IMG/VR virus record: IMGVR_UViG_3300000439_000004
Coordinates: 32,001-96,000 of that record
Length of the DNA: 64,000 nucleotides
DNA from: a virus
Lineage: Duplodnaviria; Caudoviricetes
Reading direction: 5' to 3' (one strand)
Part shown: one piece after another, positions 9,061 through 17,659 of the stretch
How positions within the stretch are numbered: the stretch's first letter is position 1
How the letters are laid out: each line of letters opens with the position of its first letter
Translations under genes and position numbers: made by a program
Notes under the pieces: model-generated
Told to the model about the DNA's origin: nothing
Databases searched by the model: none
What the model saw: the letters and a program-made list of their open reading frames with translations, nothing else

Positions 9061-9171
9061 ATGGAGAGGGACACGTTATTTATCCGTTTTTGGGACTCCC
9101 TCAGACCCATATTTTAAAATTTTTATACTAAAAAATATAAAAACCGAGTTTTATAAATAATTCAATATTCT

Positions 9172-9855
9172 TTATTTCATCTTATTTCTTCCTTTATACC
9201 AACCTTGTGGTATTTCAGTTTCTTTCTTAATTTTCTTATTCTCAATACCATTTGTAATCCACATCGTTCCAAATTGTGAATTTAATGAACCTTTTTGATT
9301 AATTGAACTCTTTTCTCCAATTATCTTTTTTGTTTTATCATTATGTTTTTTTCCTTTAAAAGTTTTAGAACGATCAAAATTTGAATTTATTTGTCCATTT
9401 ATTATTTTTTTATTCCGTTCTTTTTTTTGGTCTTCAGTTAAATTATTATAATATTTTTTTACAATAATTGAACGAAAATCTTCACCATATTTTTCTCTTA
9501 AAATTAAATCACATTTTTTCCTACCTTTTTTTAATTGTTCTTTTGTTAAAAATCTATCACCTTGACCTCCAGTACCTCCTATTCCAAGATTCATACACAT
9601 TTTATCCTTCAATAATTCTTCATTAACTAATTCTCTTTCTTTTTTATATAATGATTCTCTATCTGAAAAATATTCAAGTATTTCACATTTAAAAATTTCT
9701 TTTCCATACTTGTTTATAGAATACCATAATCGTTTTCCAGAACCAATATAACCATCATTTAAATCATTTGTACTATGAATACCAATATAAAATTTTCCAT
9801 TAATAATATTAGTTGTTTTATAAATGTAATGATATTGTTTTTCTTTTCTTGACAT
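9172..9855 (-). CDS. GIY-YIG (Seg-like, NUMOD3) homing endonuclease
   Basis: YIYKTTNIINGKFYIGIH...YIGSG motif. Confidence 0.9.
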   Translation of the reverse strand: MSRKEKQYHYIYKTTNIINGKFYIGIHSTNDLNDGYIGSGKRLWYSINKYGKEIFKCEILEYFSDRESLYKKERELVNEELLKDKMCMNLGIGGTGGQGDRFLTKEQLKKGRKKCDLILREKYGEDFRSIIVKKYYNNLTEDQKKERNKKIINGQINSNFDRSKTFKGKKHNDKTKKIIGEKSSINQKGSLNSQFGTMWITNGIENKKIKKETEIPQGWYKGRNKMK

Positions 9856-9904
9856 AAATATAATTTATATATAAATATCAAAAAAAGGTACAAAAGTTCA
9901 AATG

Positions 9905-9980
9905 AGCATCGTGTCGGGCTCGAACCGACTAATTCCACCGACTTGGAAGGACGGGATGCAACCAGTTACACCTACGATGC
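9905..9980 (-). tRNA. trnG: tRNA-Gly(TCC)
   Basis: CTTCCAA loop, U73. Confidence 0.9.
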
Positions 9981-9982
9981 GT

Positions 9983-10624
9983 TTATTTTTTATATCTATA
10001 TTTTCTACCATGTCCTTTATTCAATGCACCATATGTTGGTGTTAATGAATGATGATTAGGACATAATAACATTAAATTTTCTAAAGTATTATTTTCTGAA
10101 TTACCATCAATATGTTCTAATTGAATAGGGACTTTTCCTGTAACTGGATTAATTTCGTTCCATCCACATTTCATACATTTATCCCCATATTTTTTTATTA
10201 AAAATTTTTTATATGATTTTTCAGAAAATGTTATATCACCGTTTTCAATTTTTTCAAAAATTGAATTTTGTTTATGTTCACCTTGACATTTATTAGAACA
10301 ATAATTTTTTTTTATTTTAATTTCTTTATTACAATTTAAACAATTATTTTTTTGATATTCATTTTTAAATCTAATTTTATTATTATATGTTGCCGAACAA
10401 CTATGATTACAAAAAAGTTTTTTATTACTAATTTCTTTATTACAATTTAAACAATGATTAATTTCAGTTTTTATAAAATCAGTACTTTTATATCCTAATC
10501 TATATAGTTTAGTTCTTATTGAAGATGATTCTCTTCCCAATTCAAAACTAATTTCTTTGTAAGATTTACCTTTTTTTATTAATTCAATTAAATTATCAAT
10601 TTCATTTTGTTTCCATATATTCAT
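9983..10624 (-). CDS. HNH homing endonuclease with zinc fingers
   Basis: LEHIDGNSENNTLENLMLLCPNHH motif. Confidence 0.9.
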   Translation of the reverse strand: MNIWKQNEIDNLIELIKKGKSYKEISFELGRESSSIRTKLYRLGYKSTDFIKTEINHCLNCNKEISNKKLFCNHSCSATYNNKIRFKNEYQKNNCLNCNKEIKIKKNYCSNKCQGEHKQNSIFEKIENGDITFSEKSYKKFLIKKYGDKCMKCGWNEINPVTGKVPIQLEHIDGNSENNTLENLMLLCPNHHSLTPTYGALNKGHGRKYRYKK

Positions 10625-10684
10625 ATATTATAAATATAATAAAATGAGCGATAAATGTAAATTGAAAAAAAAAATAATTTAAAG

Positions 10685-10756
10685 AGCGATAAAGAAGATT
10701 CGAACTTCCATATCCGAATTGGTAATCCGGAGTAATAACCATTATACTATTATCGC
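10685..10756 (-). tRNA. trnG: tRNA-Gly(ACC)
   Basis: CCGGA-TTACCAA-TTCGG arm, GCG start, U73. Confidence 0.85.
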
Positions 10757-10819
10757 ATAGGTACCATACTTACCATTGCAATGGTTGTTGAGGTAATGGT
10801 TACCTTTATCAACATTCTG

Positions 10820-10892
10820 TAGTTCCGACCAGAATCGAACTGGTGAGTTGACCTTGTAAGGGTCACATATTAAACCGCTATATGACGGAACT
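10820..10892 (-). tRNA. trnV: tRNA-Val(TAC)
   Basis: TGACC-CTTACAA-GGTCA arm. Confidence 0.9.
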
Positions 10893-10964
10893 AAAGAGGG
10901 TTCGCATTTTAAGAGTGCGATACCATCACCTTCTCTGAAGGTTATTCACTATACCTACAAACAG

Positions 10965-11035
10965 TGGATACAATGGGAGTCGAACCCACACACATCCGAA
11001 TTAGACCATTCTTGCTTCGCTCGGTACTTATACCC
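10965..11035 (-). ncRNA. Three-arm tRNA-like RNA with Ala identity (G3.U70, A73), resembling the tmRNA tRNA-like domain
   Basis: GGGTATA/TGTATCC acceptor, GTGGG-TTCGACT-CCCAT T arm, no D stem, single CCGAG/TTCGG arm. Confidence 0.6.
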
Positions 11036-11042
11036 AAATTTA

Positions 11043-11137
11043 GTTATATACCCCCTTGGACTTACCTGAACCAATTTGTCATTACCTCATGTATTGCTCG
11101 AGATGCACGAGTTAGATTCATTCAAGGGGTATATAAC
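11043..11137 (-). ncRNA. 95-nt hairpin ncRNA
   Basis: GTTATATACCCCTTG/CAAGGGGGTATATAAC closing stem between tRNAs. Confidence 0.55.
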
Positions 11138-11144
11138 GATGATG

Positions 11145-11218
11145 TTGATCCTACCGGTCTCGAACCGATCACCTAATGATTATGAGTCATTTGCTCTAAC
11201 CAACTGAGCTAAGGATCA
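11145..11218 (-). tRNA. tRNA-CAT (Ile2/lysidine or elongator Met)
   Basis: AATGA-CTCATAA-TCATT arm. Confidence 0.85.
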
Positions 11219-11294
11219 ATATAAAACAATTACCCACTCCTCACTACGGTCACCACTACAAGTCATGCTCAGGTTGTACCAGTAGGTAATTCTT

Positions 11295-11828
11295 TTATCT
11301 TTTTAATGTGATTGTTGTGAATAAATAATCATCATTAGTTTCAATCAAAATATCTTCTTCTTTCAAACTATAAGAACAACAATCAGAACTCCATAAACAG
11401 TCAATTAAACCTCGTTTAAATTCATTCATATCTTTTACATTTAAAGGTGACAGATGTGATTGAATTGTTGGGGGATAATATTTATCATCCAACATTTTTT
11501 GATATGTTCTAAGATTATTCCATTCTTCTTTTGTTGCTTCCTTTTTTTCTTCTTCTGTTCCTCTAAAGTTCCAAACTTTATTAAACCATATATCATTTAA
11601 TCTTTTAAGTTCGTTTGTTTCTTCTTCTGAAACTTGAATAGTGTTTCTGGTTGTAATATCATCACAACTTAATGTTGGTAATGTTCTGTAAACTATATAT
11701 TCACCAACATATTGACCAAGTTGATATTCCAAAGAAAGTTCTTCAATTTGTTTTTTTCTTCTTTGTCTACCAATTTCAATTTCTTCCGGCGAACGTTTCA
11801 TAATACGTTCTAAAACACTTGATTTCAT
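11295..11828 (-). CDS. Hypothetical protein inside tRNA operon
   Basis: 177 aa ORF. Confidence 0.75.
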   Translation of the reverse strand: MKSSVLERIMKRSPEEIEIGRQRRKKQIEELSLEYQLGQYVGEYIVYRTLPTLSCDDITTRNTIQVSEEETNELKRLNDIWFNKVWNFRGTEEEKKEATKEEWNNLRTYQKMLDDKYYPPTIQSHLSPLNVKDMNEFKRGLIDCLWSSDCCSYSLKEEDILIETNDDYLFTTITLKR

Positions 11829-11857
11829 AAATAAAAAATTTAATTTTTAAAAAATTG

Positions 11858-11942
11858 TGGGACGTGATGGGGTCGAACCATCCGAGTCATTAAGACAAAC
11901 GATTTACAGTCGTTTCTGCTACCACTTACAGGATAACGTCCC
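11858..11942 (-). tRNA. trnY: tRNA-Tyr(GTA)
   Basis: AACGA-CTGTAAA-TCGTT arm, long variable arm. Confidence 0.9.
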
Positions 11943-12046
11943 GAATTTAGGAAAACAGAAGATGGGCGAGTGGACATCTGTTTTTATAATTGGCATTACT
12001 TATTTCACCTCCGATAGTGATACTACCTTTCCCCAATTAACCTTTG

Positions 12047-12121
12047 TACTTATAGTCGGATTCGAACCGACACTACTATGTTCCTAAGACATATGACTCC
12101 TTCCAATTGGTCTATACAAGT
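12047..12121 (-). tRNA. trnL: tRNA-Leu(TAG) with a short variable loop
   Basis: TATGT-CTTAGGA-ACATA arm, A73, 5-nt variable loop. Confidence 0.8.
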
Positions 12122-12131
12122 GTATTTATTG

Positions 12132-12215
12132 TGATCAAAGAAAGACTCGAACTTTCACGTCTTTACGGACACCGGGTTTTGAATCCAGCGCGTCTACCAA
12201 TTACGCCATTTGACC
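12132..12215 (-). tRNA. trnL: tRNA-Leu(CAA)
   Basis: TTCAAAA loop, long variable arm. Confidence 0.9.
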
Positions 12216-12222
12216 ATAAATG

Positions 12223-12295
12223 CTCCCACAGAGGGTCACGATCCCCCGACCTCAATCTTAACAGGATTTTGCTCTACCAACTGAGCTATGTGGGA
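12223..12295 (-). tRNA. trnN: tRNA-Asn(GTT)
   Basis: CTGTTAA loop, TCC start, G73. Confidence 0.9.
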
Positions 12296-12323
12296 ATTTT
12301 AAAAAGGTACAAAAGTTCAAATG

Positions 12324-12414
12324 TTGGGGTGACGAGACTCGAACTCGCATTTTCGGATATTAACCTACTTTCTAGTTCCCAAAACTAGTCGTCTTCCATT
12401 GACTTCACACCCCA
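12324..12414 (-). tRNA. trnP: tRNA-Pro(TGG) with enlarged variable region
   Basis: CTAGT-TTTGGGA-ACTAG arm; about 23-nt variable region. Confidence 0.8.
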
Positions 12415-12425
12415 ATATAAAAATG

Positions 12426-12497
12426 TAGTCCTGAGTGGGATCGAACCACTATGTATTGTTTAGAAAACAATTATTCTATCCATTGAATTACAAGACC
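12426..12497 (-). tRNA. trnR: tRNA-Arg(TCT)
   Basis: ATTGT-TTTCTAA-ACAAT arm. Confidence 0.9.
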
Positions 12498-12614
12498 ATT
12501 TAACATACATCAATATAATCAGGAATTGTATCCATAACAATTATAAATCATGTATGTTTTTTGTGCCCTAGGCGGGGGTCGAACCCGCACCCCCATTGCT
12601 GGGGACGGGATTTT

Positions 12615-13559
12615 CTTACCACTATAATTTTCATTACCATTTTATAATGTTTGTGGTCTGGACTTTCTCTTTACCATGTCAGTTATTCCATATAATTCAC
12701 ACCATTTATGTACAGCTTTATCTGAAACATTATAATGTTTACCAACTTGAACAAATGATCCATATATTTCAAATGATTTTAATAAATCAGGAACTTTAGG
12801 TATATTTGTTCTTGAGTGTTCTCTATAACACTCAGTTGAACAATATTTACTTTCATTCCGACTAAAAATAAAATCATTATTACAATGTAAACATTTTTTT
12901 GTTTTAACTGATTTAGGTATATCGTGTAAAGTCTCTGCACCTTCTCTATTTTTAATAGAGCTTGGCTCAGGATTAACAGTTAAGTCTTCCCTGAATTTAC
13001 GATATTCTACATCTCTCTTTTCAGAAAGTGCACTCAATTTATTTTTACTACGAAAATTTGATGTCATTGAATGACAGTTAGGGCAAAGTATTTCTAAGTT
13101 TTCAATACGATTATCCATATTATTACCATTTATATGATTAAGTTCTAATTTAATAGGTTGATTTAACCAAATTGTATTTTCACATCTTTCACATTTATAT
13201 TCTTTAATATTTTCTTTAATTAATCGTTTTCTTAATGAATTAGTATTTGAATATGTAGAATTTTCTACTAAAATTTCAGATAAAGATTGTTTTTTAGAAA
13301 ATGTCTTATATCTTGTACCAGTATTCCATCCTTTTCCTGTAAAATGATTAATATTAATATTATTTTTTTTTAACATAATATTAATAGTTTTATAATTACC
13401 ACCAACAGGTCTAATACTTAATTCTCTGCAAACTTGTGCAATACTTAATGATTTACTAACTGCAATTTCTAATTCTTCTTTTGTGTATTTATGTTTCATA
13501 TATAATAAATATATCGAACTAACACAAAAGTTAATTAAATTAATCGTGTATCACTTTTT
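12615..13559 (-). mobile_element. Group I intron (trnL-UAA type), 945 nt, encoding an HNH endonuclease
   Basis: 5' splice after U, terminal G; P AAATTCAGGGAA (12987-12998), Q AATCCTGAGC (12965-12974), R GTGCAGAGACT (12930-12940), S AAGAGAAAGTCC (12660-12671). Confidence 0.92.
12642..13499 (-). CDS. Intron-encoded HNH endonuclease reading through the ribozyme core
   Basis: LELNHINGNNMDNRIENLEILCPNCH, second zinc finger and HTH. Confidence 0.9.
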   Translation of the reverse strand: MKHKYTKEELEIAVSKSLSIAQVCRELSIRPVGGNYKTINIMLKKNNININHFTGKGWNTGTRYKTFSKKQSLSEILVENSTYSNTNSLRKRLIKENIKEYKCERCENTIWLNQPIKLELNHINGNNMDNRIENLEILCPNCHSMTSNFRSKNKLSALSEKRDVEYRKFREDLTVNPEPSSIKNREGAETLHDIPKSVKTKKCLHCNNDFIFSRNESKYCSTECYREHSRTNIPKVPDLLKSFEIYGSFVQVGKHYNVSDKAVHKWCELYGITDMVKRKSRPQTL

Positions 13560-13657
13560 AAGTCCCGCGTGTCTACCTAGTTTCACCACCAGGGCAACTT
13601 ATTCCACAATGTCAAAGAAATTTAATTTTTATTTTTTCTTATGATATTTATATACAT

Positions 13658-14347
13658 ATGAAACATACATATACACCAGAAGAATATAATAACTCAACAC
13701 CAGAAACCGACATTCCACTTATTTGTGTTGGTTGTGATCATATATTCTATGTAAAAAAGAAAACCATAGAAAATAATAAATGGGGTCATAGAACATTTGA
13801 TTTTTGTAATTCCGAATGTCGCAGAGAACATAGAAAAAAAAATATTATGATAACCACCAATTGTACTAATTGTAATACTGTTATAACAAAACTATATTCA
13901 GCAAGTAAACGACATAAAAATACATTTTGTAGTCATTCATGTTCTACGATATATTTAAATTCACATAAAACATTTGGTTATAAACGTTCTAAATTGGAAA
14001 TTTGGATAGAAGAACAATTAACACAAATTTATCCAGAACTGTTAATTAACTATAATAAAAAAGATATTATTAATTCAGAATTAGATATTTATATACCATC
14101 TCTTTCACTAGCATTTGAATTAAACGGTATCTTTCATTATGAACCTGTTTTTAGTAATGAAAGATTAATATCAACACAAATTAACGATTCTTTAAAATTT
14201 AAAAAATGTATTGAAAATAACATATCATTATGTGTTATTGATACATCACAACAAAAATATGTTAAACCATCCACAAGTCAAAAATATTTAGATATTATAA
14301 CTAAAATAATTAATGAAAATTTAATATTAAAAAACAATATTAACTAA
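13658..14347 (+). CDS. Zinc-finger plus PD-(D/E)XK (Vsr/DUF559-like) endonuclease
   Basis: ELDIYIPSLSLAFELNGIFHY motif and Cys clusters. Confidence 0.8.
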   Translation: MKHTYTPEEYNNSTPETDIPLICVGCDHIFYVKKKTIENNKWGHRTFDFCNSECRREHRKKNIMITTNCTNCNTVITKLYSASKRHKNTFCSHSCSTIYLNSHKTFGYKRSKLEIWIEEQLTQIYPELLINYNKKDIINSELDIYIPSLSLAFELNGIFHYEPVFSNERLISTQINDSLKFKKCIENNISLCVIDTSQQKYVKPSTSQKYLDIITKIINENLILKNNIN

Positions 14348-14371
14348 TTATACAACAATGTAAAAGAACTA

Positions 14372-14415
14372 AAACAAAAAACCCGAACTTATTTTTTTAT
14401 TAGTAAGTTCGGGTT
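14372..14415 (-). terminator. Attenuator terminator of tRNA operon 1
   Basis: AACCCGAACTTA/TAAGTTCGGGTT 12-bp stem followed by TTTTGTTTT. Confidence 0.85.
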
Positions 14416-14439
14416 ATATTTTTTAGAAATTAATCTATT

Positions 14440-14541
14440 TTATATTTTATATTCCGAACATACTATACTTTGCACATTTCCTCTATTGCCGTTATATAAC
14501 GGGTTAGGGTTAAGTGTTAGTATGTTCGTCAATAATTTCAT
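14440..14541 (-). CDS. Leader peptide 1 (33 aa, MKLLTNILTLNPNPLYNGNRGNVQSIVCSEYKI)
   Basis: Lies between promoter TATATTTG (14560-14567) and terminator; contains antiterminator TAGTATGTTCGG and protector CGAACATACTA. Confidence 0.8.
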   Translation of the reverse strand: MKLLTNILTLNPNPLYNGNRGNVQSIVCSEYKI

Positions 14542-14696
14542 CTTACTAATAATTATATGCAAATATACGAAAAGTTTTTCAAACTACAAAATATTTTTAT
14601 TTTTTTTTTATTATACTTTGTTTTCGTACTTTGATGAGGCAAATATAAGTGAAATATTTGGAATAATAAAATGTTTTTTAAAATATTTATTTATAA

Positions 14697-14831
14697 ATGA
14701 AAATAATCAGAAAGATATTATGTTTTGTAGGTTTTCATCGTTATATTGATTGTGATGAATGTGATCTAAAAAACAAAGTATCAATTATGGTTAAATGTGA
14801 GATTTGTGGGAAAATTAGTGGTAATGGTTAA
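14697..14831 (+). CDS. Small Cys/His zinc-ribbon protein (44 aa)
   Basis: MKIIRKILCFVGFHRY...CDEC...CEICGK after a TATTTAT motif; below ORF-track cutoff. Confidence 0.55.
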   Translation: MKIIRKILCFVGFHRYIDCDECDLKNKVSIMVKCEICGKISGNG

Positions 14832-15415
14832 AGATCATAATTGTCTAATCTATCATTTGATTTTACTTGTAAAACATTTACTATCTTTTTCATATTATAC
14901 AAGACCATCATTTTTTCTCCAAACCCAAACGCATTACCAACAATTTCGTAATCAATATTATTATCAATTAAAAATTGACGTAGTTTAGAAGTATTAGTTC
15001 CTTTTATTGCTTTATGATTTAAAATAATATTATTGAATATTTCAGCATCTACCATTCCATTTTCTGTGTATCTTTCCAAACGTTCCATAACAATTTTTCT
15101 TAAACCTTTTATAACATAGGTGTTTATAAATTCATGAACATTTTTTTCTGGTATTGATGAATTGGTAATATCATTTCCCAATTCAACTGTTATGATATAA
15201 AGTTTTCTACTACCTTTTGAATATTTTTTTGCAATATTATATTTTGTAATAAGATATAAACCAGGTCCATATTCATATCGACCATTTTTTTGTGCAATTA
15301 TTTCATTATAATCATCAAGATTACCACCATGCCAAAAGTTTTTTGTGTTTGGTATATTTGGTAGTGTTATTGTATTTTCGTTTAATATTTCGTTTAATAT
15401 ATTATATATTTTCAT
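14828..15415 (-). CDS. Putative ADP-ribosyltransferase-fold protein
   Basis: FWHGG...YGPGLYLIT...AKKYS pattern. Confidence 0.5.
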   Translation of the reverse strand: MKIYNILNEILNENTITLPNIPNTKNFWHGGNLDDYNEIIAQKNGRYEYGPGLYLITKYNIAKKYSKGSRKLYIITVELGNDITNSSIPEKNVHEFINTYVIKGLRKIVMERLERYTENGMVDAEIFNNIILNHKAIKGTNTSKLRQFLIDNNIDYEIVGNAFGFGEKMMVLYNMKKIVNVLQVKSNDRLDNYDL

Positions 15416-15416
15416 G

Positions 15417-16139
15417 TTAGTCCCAATAATTTACATCTTGTTGAAAAAATTCTTTATTATCTTTATATAAGTATCCGTTAATTAATAATTTAATCATTCC
15501 AAAATAACCCATTTTTTTAAATCTTCTATCATCCTGACCAATATAATGTTTTGATATTCTAAATTTCTTTGGGTTATATTGTTTTGATAACCAGTAATCT
15601 TCTGAGTGATGTAATGTTTTATCAAAACCACCTAATTCATTGAATACACATGTTTTTGTTAAAAAAAACATTCCAACTGCAAATGGTGTGGTTAAAGATA
15701 ATAGATAATTTATTGGATTAAATAGACTGAACATAATACTTGTTCTTATATCTTTACCATACGATTTAACTTTACAGGTTAATAAATCTAATTTATAATG
15801 ATACATATCGAATAAAGAATCATTAATAATTTTTGGGTCATCCAAAACAGTATCAGCATCCAAAAATAATGTATATTTTGTATTAACCATTGATGCACCT
15901 TTATTTCTCGCAAAAGAAACAGATCCTCCATTAATTAATTCAATTCTTATGATGTCTTTAAATTTTGTTTGTAGATCACTTACAATCATTCTAGTTTTAT
16001 CTGTGGAAAATGCATCAGCAATAATAACTCTAGTTCCAATTATATTTTTTTGTCTAACAATAGAGTTGATTGTTCTTTCAATATAATTTTCCTCATTTTT
16101 ACAAGGAATGACGATTGTTAATTTATATCTTATATTCAT
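15417..16139 (-). CDS. Glycosyltransferase family 2
   Basis: IVIPCKNEE, DAFSTD, FLDADT, SEDY motifs. Confidence 0.9.
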   Translation of the reverse strand: MNIRYKLTIVIPCKNEENYIERTINSIVRQKNIIGTRVIIADAFSTDKTRMIVSDLQTKFKDIIRIELINGGSVSFARNKGASMVNTKYTLFLDADTVLDDPKIINDSLFDMYHYKLDLLTCKVKSYGKDIRTSIMFSLFNPINYLLSLTTPFAVGMFFLTKTCVFNELGGFDKTLHHSEDYWLSKQYNPKKFRISKHYIGQDDRRFKKMGYFGMIKLLINGYLYKDNKEFFQQDVNYWD

Positions 16140-16815
16140 GTACTTCGTATTTTCCGTTTAAAAGTGTTATGTATGAGTTATTTTCAATCCAATCACCACA
16201 ATTCAAATATCTTACACCATCAACTATTCTATCTTCAGGTTTATGTATATGTCCACAAATAACTGTATCACATTTATGTTTTTTTGCTTGTCTTACCAAT
16301 TCCACTTCATATTGTGTAATATATTTAACAGCTTCTTTTACTTTTTGTTTTAAGAATTTTGATAAACTTCTTTTATAACCCATTTTTTTTAATCTCTTAT
16401 CAATGCTGATAGCCAAATCATAACCTACTGAACCAAGAACCCCCAACCATTTTAATTTAACAACCCCATCATAAAGATCACCATGAGTTATAAATGTATT
16501 TTCAAAAACATATTCATTATGAACTTCAATATTACCAAAAGAAAATTCACCATATTCTCTTAAAAAGTCATCGTGGTTACCGGGAATATAAATTACTTTG
16601 ATATTGTTTTTTGAATAGGATAGGATTTTTCTTAATACGTTTGTGTGGGATTGTGGCCATCTAAATCTTCTTTTTAATAACCAACCATCAATTATGTCAC
16701 CAACAAGAAATAATGTTTTGGGTTCATATTCTTTTAAAAGTTTTAAAACATGTTCAGCATTTGAACCTTTTGAACCCAGATGTACATCGGAGATAAATAA
16801 TGCGTCTACTTTCAT
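16123..16815 (-). CDS. Metallophosphoesterase, LpxH-like
   Basis: SDVHLG, GDIIDG, PGNHD, HGD, GHIH, NCGDW motifs. Confidence 0.88.
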   Translation of the reverse strand: MKVDALFISDVHLGSKGSNAEHVLKLLKEYEPKTLFLVGDIIDGWLLKRRFRWPQSHTNVLRKILSYSKNNIKVIYIPGNHDDFLREYGEFSFGNIEVHNEYVFENTFITHGDLYDGVVKLKWLGVLGSVGYDLAISIDKRLKKMGYKRSLSKFLKQKVKEAVKYITQYEVELVRQAKKHKCDTVICGHIHKPEDRIVDGVRYLNCGDWIENNSYITLLNGKYEVHEYKI

Positions 16816-16829
16816 TTTTATAAATATTT

Positions 16830-17282
16830 ATGAATATGATTAAAATTATAAATTTAATTAACGAAATTATTTCTGAAACAAAAATATTATATTTTGCATA
16901 TGGTTCCAATATGGATGTTGAAAGAATGAAAAAAAGATGTCCTGATGCAAAAAAATTATCTGATGGAACTTTACATGGTTGGGATGCATTTTTTGATGAG
17001 GATGGTGTTGCATCAATTAAAAAATCAACAAAAAATGATTATGTAAATGGTGTGGTTTGGGAAATTAAAAAATCAGATATAAAAATATTGGATAAAAAAG
17101 AAGGTGTTAAAGTTGGTGATTATAAAGAAAGTCATGTTAATGTTAAAACACCTGATGGAATAAAAAAATGTTTGGTTTATATTGCATTAGATAAAAAACC
17201 TGGTAAACCAAAAAAAGAATATGTTAAATTAGTTAAAAAGGGAGAAAAGGAAAATAAAATAAAAAACACATTTACAAAATAA
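16830..17282 (+). CDS. Gamma-glutamylcyclotransferase (AIG2-like)
   Basis: YFAYGSNM...LDKKEG motifs. Confidence 0.85.
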   Translation: MNMIKIINLINEIISETKILYFAYGSNMDVERMKKRCPDAKKLSDGTLHGWDAFFDEDGVASIKKSTKNDYVNGVVWEIKKSDIKILDKKEGVKVGDYKESHVNVKTPDGIKKCLVYIALDKKPGKPKKEYVKLVKKGEKENKIKNTFTK

Positions 17283-17305
17283 AATATTTTATTTAAAATT
17301 AAAAT

Positions 17306-17659
17306 ATGGGTTATGTGTATCTTTTAATGTCAACCGATTCTGATGGTTTTAGGGAATTATTTAAAATTGGAATAACAAAAACATCTGTTGAAAAACGGAT
17401 AAAATCTTTAACCACGGGTAATCCAAATAAAATAACATTGATAAATTCTTATAATTCAAAAAACTATAAGGAAATTGAGAAGTGGTTACATTCAAGATAT
17501 TCATTAAGTAAAACACAATCAGAAAATGAATGGTTTTTTTTAAGTGATGATGAAGTAATTAATTTTATTGATACATGTAAAAAAATTGAAGGTACAATAG
17601 AATTAATTAAATCTACCAGTACCTTCAATTCATACCCAGAACAGAAATTTCATCTGTAA
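17306..17659 (+). CDS. GIY-YIG T5orf172/MUG113-like protein
   Basis: GYVYLL...FKIGIT...LTTGNP...EWF motifs. Confidence 0.85.
   Translation: MGYVYLLMSTDSDGFRELFKIGITKTSVEKRIKSLTTGNPNKITLINSYNSKNYKEIEKWLHSRYSLSKTQSENEWFFLSDDEVINFIDTCKKIEGTIELIKSTSTFNSYPEQKFHL

Larger units (their letters stand above)
12564..13595 (-). tRNA. trnL: tRNA-Leu(TAA) split by a group I intron (exons 13560-13595 and 12564-12614)
   Basis: Exons join to give CGGGA-CTT^AAAA-TCCCG; acceptor GCCCTGG/CTAGGGC. Confidence 0.92.
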
